This document shows, piece by piece, positions 52,298 through 64,000 of a stretch of DNA of 64,000 nucleotides. Source of the stretch: the human T2T-CHM13v2.0 reference genome, Homo sapiens. Every line of letters begins with the position of its first letter. The stretch's first letter is position 1. The notes beneath the pieces were generated by a model. That model was not told the origin of the DNA. It made no database searches and was given only the letters and a program-made list of their open reading frames with translations. The stretch is from NCBI RefSeq assembly GCF_009914755.1, contig NC_060933.1. The stretch is one strand, 5' to 3'. Made by a program: the position numbers and the translations under genes.

Positions 52298-52598
52298 TTT
52301 TTTTTTTTTTTTTTTGAGACACATTCTCACTCTGTTGCTCAGGCTGGAGTGCAGTGGTGCAATCTCGGCTCACTGAAACCTCCACCTCCTAGGTTCAAGA
52401 GATTCTCCTGCCTCAGCCTCCTGAGTAGCTGGAATTACAAGTTTCCACCACCACACCCGGCTAATTTTTTTGTATTTTAATAGAGACAGGGATTCTCCAT
52501 GTTGGCCAGGCTGGTCTCAAACTCCTGATCTCAAGTGATCTGCCCGCCTCAGCCTCCCAAAGTGTTGGGATTACAGGTGTGAGCCACTGCACCTGGCC
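52298..52598 (-). mobile_element. AluS
   Basis: Full dimer. Confidence 0.95.
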
Positions 52599-52599
52599 T

Positions 52600-53500
<901 letters not shown>

Positions 53501-53569
53501 TATAACTAGTTCTCTATTCATACAAATGGAGACGGAGCTGCTGATAATTCAAAATAGCAGAGTCTAACA

Positions 53570-54759
<1,190 letters not shown>

Positions 54760-54949
54760 CACACACCTCCTCTTAATCAGAGGCATCATCGCTTTTAGGG
54801 ACTTCAGATTTTGCCCGGGAGGAAAAGTTTCTGGGAGTTCCTTCCCCAAGACGATGAGCTGCTTCCTGCGAGTGACCTGGCTCTGTTCGTAATCTCAGAT
54901 GATACCTAGCTAGTTTTTATTGCTCTTTAAAAAAATATATCCAATCAAG

Positions 54950-55470
54950 GTATTAGTTCCTTCCAACCTCTCACGTTCGCCTTTTGTCAAAACGCTGCGC
55001 GTTTCCCCCTCATTCCCCTAAACATGCTGTTGAGTTACCGGCCCCCAGAGGCCGGGGACTCCGAGCGGATGCATCCCCGCACCTCGCTGCTCGCTGCCTT
55101 CTCCGAGTGTAATCAAACATCAAGCTAAGTAGCAAATAAATCTCTCGATCTCATAAGCTGCACAGCGAGATCATGTAAATGCAAATGAAGGACCTGATTT
55201 CAAGCTGTCGAGGGGGAGGGGAGGGAACGGTGGGGCCCTGTCACCGTGACCGCCTCACACGGCAAGGGCCATACATCAGCCGCCAGAACAGAGCAGGCAG
55301 CCGGAAGGGAGGCCGGGCTGCCCCGGGGAGCGGGGACCAGGCAGGCGGCAGAGCGCAGGCAGCCCCGGGCCGTGGGAACCAGACAGGGCTGGACTGGGTG
55401 GCGGGGCAGGCCTGAGGACGCCTGGAGGGGCTCCCCACGGTCCGCGGCTCCCTTTGGACCCGAGCTGGGA
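54950..55470. promoter_or_regulatory. CpG-rich unique segment with octamer motif (candidate enhancer)
   Basis: ATGCAAAT at 55179-55186; dense CpGs; no repeat recognised. Confidence 0.45.
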
Positions 55471-55499
55471 GCTGCTATAGCAGTCTTAACAATAAGACA

Positions 55500-55720
55500 G
55501 CAGTAATAGAAGCCATCGGTTACTGAGCAACCTCCTGGGCCAGGTACCATGAAACACTCTACATACAGCGTCGGGAGGTTTTGCAGGGGAGGAAAGAGAC
55601 CAGATGAGGTGAGGGACTTACCCAAGGTCACACGGGAAGTGGCAGAGCTGGGAGTCCGACTCAGCTCTGAGTGAATTAGTATGCCAGCTACCCAATTCTC
55701 CTCCATGACCCCTCGCCCCC
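55500..55720 (-). mobile_element. MIR
   Basis: gaggtgagggacttacccaaggtcacacgggaagtggcagagctggga. Confidence 0.75.
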
Positions 55721-58275
55721 CAGCCACCAGCCGTCATCTTAGTCCCCATGATAAACCAGAGCAGAGTTGCAATGACACAGAAGAGACTTTTTCATAGATA
55801 AAATAGAAACATATAACTTAACTCTATTGTGTGGCTTTTTAAATTATAAAAGTAAAACCTCAATATCGAAAAAAGGGCCCCCATCTATAACCACACATCC
55901 TCACACATCACAGTTATGGGGCTGGGTTTCCTTCCAGTATCTTTTTCAATGCATTTTTTTTTTAACGTGGTTGTAACAGTAGTCCATGTAGAATTTTGAA
56001 TCCGGCTGTGGTTTTTTTTTTTTTTTTCACTTGACATTACTTTATACGCCTTTGATCACACATGGATGTGGTCTTCTCATGCGTGGCTTTTTCGTATCAT
56101 TATGCAGTGTTCAACTGACACTCACACAATGCACAGGGTTCAAAGCATTGGGCTTCTAAGAGGATGCCTGAGCCCTTTGATGCATAATGCACCTTATTTT
56201 ACATGATTGTTTATCTGAGGTTCTCATTATGGAAATAAATAAATATCCTCTATGCTAATAATGATCACAATTTGCATTTATATTGTGCTTTTCATTCGAG
56301 GATCTTAAGTTGTTTTACAATAATGAACTACCCCCCCATGAGCAAAATGGTATGTGTGTGCCTATGTATGCATGGGTCTAGCTATATACAGATATTTATT
56401 TAATCACTACCAGGCAACAGGATTTCATATAACTGCGCTTTAACAAAATGCAGGAGAGTGAGTGGAGGCTTTTCAACTGTCAAACAAACATTAGTTTAGA
56501 CGCAGGGCTGGAGGGTTAATGAGCTACACTATATGTGGTTGCCAGGAAGTGGGGAGTGATTGATTCCTTTGAGGGGCTAGCTCGTGATGGAATGAACGTC
56601 TTTGGTGGGTCTGACACTCAGGCATCGAGCTCCCTGACAGAAAACCTGCCACTTTGGAAGTGACCACTGGCCCGTTTGTCTGGAATAAGATCCAGTTCAA
56701 GGCTATCTCAGCAACAAAGCCAGCTGGCTTCCCCACTTTTCACCTCTTCACTTCTCATTTCTTATGTCTGGATTTTTAAGATATCTCGTGCAAAATCCAC
56801 AAGGTCTTTTAAGAGGTACAGCTGTTTTGCAATAAGAAATGAGGGCTAGTTAAGGGGAAAAAAAAGTAGATTGGGTGGGAAATGATTAGACTTGAGTTGC
56901 AAGGCGGGTCACTCGTTTTGAAGAAGTTGTGCCATGTAAATGGGCTTTGGTGAAGCTCCAGGTCTAGAGACCTTCGTTCCTGGGTCCCAGGTAGCTTCGG
57001 ATCAAAGCAACAGCCTGTGGGAAATGCTACCTGCACCTGCCTCTAGCTAGCCCCAGTAGTTCTCATGGCGACAGGCTGCTCCCAGGGGGCTTCCGGGCGC
57101 TGGGGCTGCCAGCCCGGCTTGGTTCCCAGCATGGGTTTCCAGGGCCTGGCCCTTCATGATGGGGAGTGGAGGAAGCTGATATTGCAGGAGGAGCCCGGAG
57201 AATCCCAGGACCCCCTGGGACGGGGAGAGAGATGGTTTTAATTAGAGCTGAGAGATGGGAAATAAGGCAGAGAGGGATGACATCTTAATGAGGTTTAATG
57301 AAGCTGTCTGCTGATGGGGACAGCTGTCACCCAGAGCTGTATTCCAGCCAAGCCACTTTGTGATGGAGGAAACTCGGAAAAAGGCGGTTTGAAGGCAGCT
57401 GAGGAGGGAGGGGTGGTCAGACTCGGAGCTGGGATTTTTCTCCGTTTGCCTCTTAATTCCAACACCTCATTGACAAGGGATTCCAGCTAGTGGGCCACAT
57501 TAAAATAGCCTCCAACACTTCAGAATTCCCTGATGTGCAACACTAAGGAGTGCCTCTTAAAAGACCTTGTGGATTTTGCATGAGATGTCCTAAAAATTCA
57601 GACATAAGAAATGAGAAGCGCAAGGATTTTGAGGGCTGAAAGGGGTCTCTTCTCTTTTTGAGCCTCGACTCCTTGCTAGTTCAGTGGGGATACCATGGCC
57701 TCCCTTGCAGAGTTGTTGTGAGTATTGGGGCGTGGCTGGGAGTTAAGCTCAGAGGTGTGATGTCCAGGAGAGGTGAGTTTAACCCCAGCTTTTCTATTGA
57801 CTACCTGGGTGGTGTTGGACAAGTGTGAACCTCTTTAAGCTACTTGACAGTGAAGTTGGCAGAGTTCAGGGAGAAGCAAAAACACTCTCAGCACATGCTC
57901 AGCACATAGTAGGCGCTCAATAAAGAGGGCACAGGACATCCTGTGTGCCCTGCACGGAGGAGGTGCAACACAAATGTTGATCCTGTTCCTTGTTTCTTTC
58001 TTTGCTGCATGGTGGTTCTAAGGGATCCCTGTGCAGGGAGGGTGATCTCAGCCTCCACATGGCCCAATAGCCAGGCCACGCCAGCTGTCCCAGGACCTTT
58101 GCACATTCCAGTTTGCGACCTGTCTAGGATACCCCTTTTGTCTCTGCAACTGGCCACCTCTCATCCTGGCCTGGGCTGGTGGGGCAGGCTGATGGGGCAC
58201 CGGGTGGCTGATCAGAGCTGAGATTTGGGACCGAGTCTCGTCAGTTTCACGGATGTCAGAGTGAGGTTACCAAAC

Positions 58276-58678
58276 GTCCTAGTGTGTTTTTGCTGCTGTA
58301 ACAGAATACCTGAGATGGGGCAATATAGAAAGAATAGAAATTTGTTTCTCAGCGTTCTAGGGGCTGGGAGTTCCAGATCAATGCGCCGGTGGTTTCTGTG
58401 TCTGGTGAGAGCCTAGTCTTTGCTTCCAAGATGGTGCCTTGGTGCTGTATCCCCCAGGGTGGGGACGAATGCCGTATCCTCGCATGACAGACGGACAGAA
58501 GGGGATAAAAAGGGCGAACTCCCTCCATCAAGGCCTTTTATAAGGGCACCTATTCCCCCATGAGTGCAGAGCCCTCATGACTCAACCACCCCCTAAAGGC
58601 CACACCCCTGAATACTGTTGCATTGGGATTAAGTTTCAGCATGACTTTGGAGGCGATAAAAACATTCAGACCATAGCA
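58276..58678 (-). mobile_element. MaLR solo LTR (MST/MLT1A-like)
   Basis: gctgctgtaacagaatacctgag...tgcttccaagatggtgcc...aaacattcagaccatagca. Confidence 0.88.
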
Positions 58679-59158
58679 CCATGGAAAAGCAGGTGACCGT
58701 CAAGCCTCAGGTGGCCCCTGTGTTTTGATGGCAGCTGAACTCAGATGTCTGTCACAACCTGCTTGCCTGTGTCTGAAAGTTCGGGGTCAGGAGCTCGTTT
58801 GAGTGCCTCTCCCTGTAGGTTCTTAACAGGCTTCACACAGCCCCTCTGAGGTGCCCAGAGACCCGCCACCCCTCTGTCAGGCAGCTTTTCTCTGTAGGCT
58901 TCTAGAAGGCCCCACTGGACAAGCTGGGGAGGGAGGCCAAGGGTCAGCGCTGGGCACTCCCACCTCTGGCTCCAGGCCGCTCCCTGCTCTAAGTCCCCTT
59001 GGCCCTCTTACCCTCCCTGGCTACTCCTGGAACCTTCTTCAGATCAGTTCTTCCCAAAATGCCAATTCAAGATCTGTATGTGTCTTTCTTTTCCTGATTA
59101 CCCTTCCCCCAACGCAGTCAAGACAGCTGTCCTGGGTCCCAGTCACTTTAGTCCTGAA

Positions 59159-60309
<1,151 letters not shown>

Positions 60310-60373
60310 TTATGTTTTCTGAAGTGATAGCTCTTCCCATAAATCTCAGTCTATATATTGAACAGTAGACTTT

Positions 60374-60703
60374 TGCCAGGCACAGTGGCTCATTCCCATA
60401 ATCTCAGCACTTTGGGAGGCCAAGGCGGGAGGATTGCTTGAGGCCAGGAGTTTGAGACTTGCCTGGGCAACATAGTGAGACCCCATCTCTACAAATAATT
60501 TAAACATTATCTGGGAGTGGTGATGCGGGCCTGTAGTTCTAGACACTCTGGAGGCTGAGGTGGGAGGATCACTTGAGCCTGGAATGTCGAGGCTGTAGCA
60601 AGCTGTGATCGTGCCCCTGCACTCCAGCCTAGGCAATGGAGCAAGACCCTGTCTCAAAAAAGAACCCCCCCCAAAACAAAAAACAAAACAACAACAACAA
60701 AAA
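60374..60703 (+). mobile_element. AluJ
   Basis: TSD aacag(t/c)agacttt. Confidence 0.92.
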
Positions 60704-60894
60704 CAGCAGACTTTACCTGGGCTTCTCCTGTGTATAAGGCTCTGTGCTGTGCACCGTTGTGTGGGGCGGAGAAGGCCAGGAAGTCAAGGCTCACCTGTTC
60801 CATATGAGCCAAACCCCACCTGCAGAGATGAGGTCTGTGCACATGAAAATACAATCCAGCCCAGGCCATCTATGCTAAATGCCAGCTCATGAAG

Positions 60895-61070
60895 TAGGAG
60901 GCAGCAAAGACTGTGGAGTCAGATGTGGGTTCAGACCCACCTTGGCCACTCAGCCATGCGGCTTTGGGCAATCAGGACCCTCCGGCTGTCCATGCCTTCT
61001 TTTCCATACCTGTGAAATCAGCACAGTGGTTACACCACGTTACAGGATTGTTTTATGAATCGGCAGTAAC
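60895..61070 (+). mobile_element. MIR
   Basis: gactgtggagtcagatgtgggttcagaccc...acaggattgttttatgaat. Confidence 0.65.
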
Positions 61071-61991
61071 AGGGGAGCCGGGCATGTGGATGTCAGGATT
61101 ATAGATGTTTGATGGGCACATGGGCAGGTGGGTGTCCAGTTAGCCTGTCTTGTGGGGCAGATGAACTGGTAATGAGTGGATGTGCTGCTCCTCTTGGGCA
61201 TTTGCACGTGAACAAAGGGACTCTGAGACACACCGTACTTGCACCTAAAGGGCTGGATTGTGGACAGTGGGATTTCAGGCCTTGGAGGTATCCGGGGCCA
61301 GGTGGAATACAGGGGAAGGTTGCCGAGGACTCCCACGGCTCCAGCCTGGGCGGACACAGCCATGCTCATTTGATCATGCTTTGCTTTATTGCGCTTTGCA
61401 TGTAGGAGTCCTCACAAAGCCCCGTGGGTGGCCTCCGGCTGTGCCCAAGTGAGGCCCAGGAACCCCTGGGGTTTCCTACCCATGACCCTCTCTGACACTG
61501 TGATGTAGTGTAGCCTGCCCAAGAAGAAAGGAAGTCCAGGTGCCAGGGCAGAAGATTGAGGGGATGATGGGGCTTTTCTGAGTGTCCAAATCTGCTTCTT
61601 GGCTGAATTCCTGGGAAGTTCCACTTCATCCTTCCAGGCGATGCTATGGTCTGGAAAAGTCCTCGGAAATGAGAAAGCCACTGCTATGGGCATTCTTGGG
61701 GATTTCAGGATGAGACTCTCTAGTCTAAGAAACATAGACCAGAGAATGCATTTGGAAAAAAAATAGTCATTGTGTTGTTGTTGCTGTGGTTTATCTGGTG
61801 CCGGTGTTCATGCAGTTCTCATGTGAAGCTGGGTCTCCGCTGTGGACAGAGAGCACATTGCTCCATCAGCAGAGAGTTGGGGGAAAGGGCTGGCAGACAC
61901 AGTCATGGATGAATGGCTCCTGGGGGAGGGCAGCAGGCTGCAGGTATGGTGTGAAGGGTACACGTTGGGTCAACAACATCATGACACCTAA

Positions 61992-62808
<817 letters not shown>

Positions 62809-62809
62809 G

Positions 62810-63320
62810 TAGGGCATTCTGTGTTATGAATATGTCACAAATTTTTTATCCACCTACGATGGCCACTTGGGTTGTTTCTAGCAGTTGGCTATCATGAATT
62901 GAGCTGCTATGTGCATCCTTAGACATGTTCTTGGGTGGATGTACACATTCATTTCTGCTGGATGTCCAGGATGGAATTGTTGGGTTATCGGACAGGCATA
63001 TATTTAGCTTCAAGAGATAGTGCCAAACAGCACTATCCACGGTGGTTGTAGCAGTTTACACTTTCACCAAGTGCATGAGTATACCAGTTGCCCCACATCC
63101 TTACCAGTAACAGTGAATTTTTTCTTTGCATTTCCCAGAGGTTGACACCTTGACATATGTATGGCTCTTGGCCACTGGGACATCCTCTTAAATAAGTTCC
63201 TATTCAAGTATTTTGCTCATTTTTTTCTGTAGGACTATCTGCCTCTTTCTTATTGATTTGTAGTAACTCTTTATATATTATGGATAAGACTACTTTATTA
63301 TGGATATCTTCTCTCACGCT
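62810..63320 (-). mobile_element. L1M fragment
   Basis: cacttgggttgtttctagc...ggaattgttgggttatc...gtggttgtagcagtttacact. Confidence 0.8.
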
Positions 63321-63379
63321 TTAAACTCACAGACTTTTAGAACCAAGGGCACTCTGCTTCCCACATCAAATACCCTGGT

Positions 63380-63540
63380 GAACATGACTGCCATTGCTTA
63401 ACTGTACTTTTTGCAAGACAGTGAATTTCATAAGAGCAGGGCTGTGTGTCTGATCTGTTCACCCTAGAACTTCCAGCACAGAGGGCTTAGCGCTGAGTGG
63501 GTACAAAATAAATATTTGTGGAATGAAAGTATGAGCAAAC
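63380..63540 (+). mobile_element. L2 3' end
   Basis: cagcacagagggcttagcgctgagtgggtacaaaataaatatttgtggaatgaa. Confidence 0.65.
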
Positions 63541-64000
63541 CTCCCATTGGGATTTTTTTTTTTTGTAGTCTAAAGCTTCCACATGTTTCAGCAGTTATTG
63601 ATTCCCAGGCAACCACACTAAAAAGCAGAGATTGAGGCACACACCTGCTCCTTGCTCCCTGCCTGAGGGTGGCAGCCAGCTCCTGAGTCTGTCTGTCATT
63701 CCCCTGCCAGCTGAAACTCTGCCCACCTGCACCTGCCTTGAGGGAGGCAGAGTCTCTCCCAGAGAAGTCACATTTTAATTAACTTCCCCGGCAGTCACTG
63801 GAGAGGCCGGATCATTTTCATAAACAAATGAGAGGCCAGAGCTTTGTCTGTAACTCAGAGAGCATAGTATGGAAGGAATTCAAAACAAGCCACCCTGCAG
63901 GGTCCCCATGCACCCGCCTGAAACTCAGAGCCCCATCACTCTTGAGGAACATTGGGGTCTGGGATTTGAGATGGAAAAGAAGCGGAAGAAAAATGATCAA

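Overview
Primate, almost certainly human, intronic DNA. About 45 Alu copies or fragments (roughly 20% of the window) sit among MIR, L2, L1, MaLR LTR and DNA-transposon relics. The only coding sequence I can support is one 108-nt in-frame exon at 50676-50783 (+), [36 protein letters not shown]. From memory this is the cassette exon 2 of CFAP77 (C9orf171, chr9q34.13), which would make the window mostly intron 1 plus part of intron 2, next to the homeobox gene BARHL1. The other ORFs in the track are Alu, microsatellite or random frames. I found no firm evidence of a new gene system. The best leads are: (1) repeat-free, homeodomain/POU/E-box-rich islands and two orphan CpG-rich patches that look like a long-range enhancer array, possibly for BARHL1; (2) a stronger, frameshifting acceptor 101 nt upstream of the exon; (3) a 47-bp dispersed duplication with a fold-back junction; (4) an old inverted duplication of about 160-180 bp, split by an Alu; (5) an antisense AluY plus UG tract resembling a TDP-43-type cryptic exon. 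Repeat subfamily calls and boundaries are by eye and approximate.
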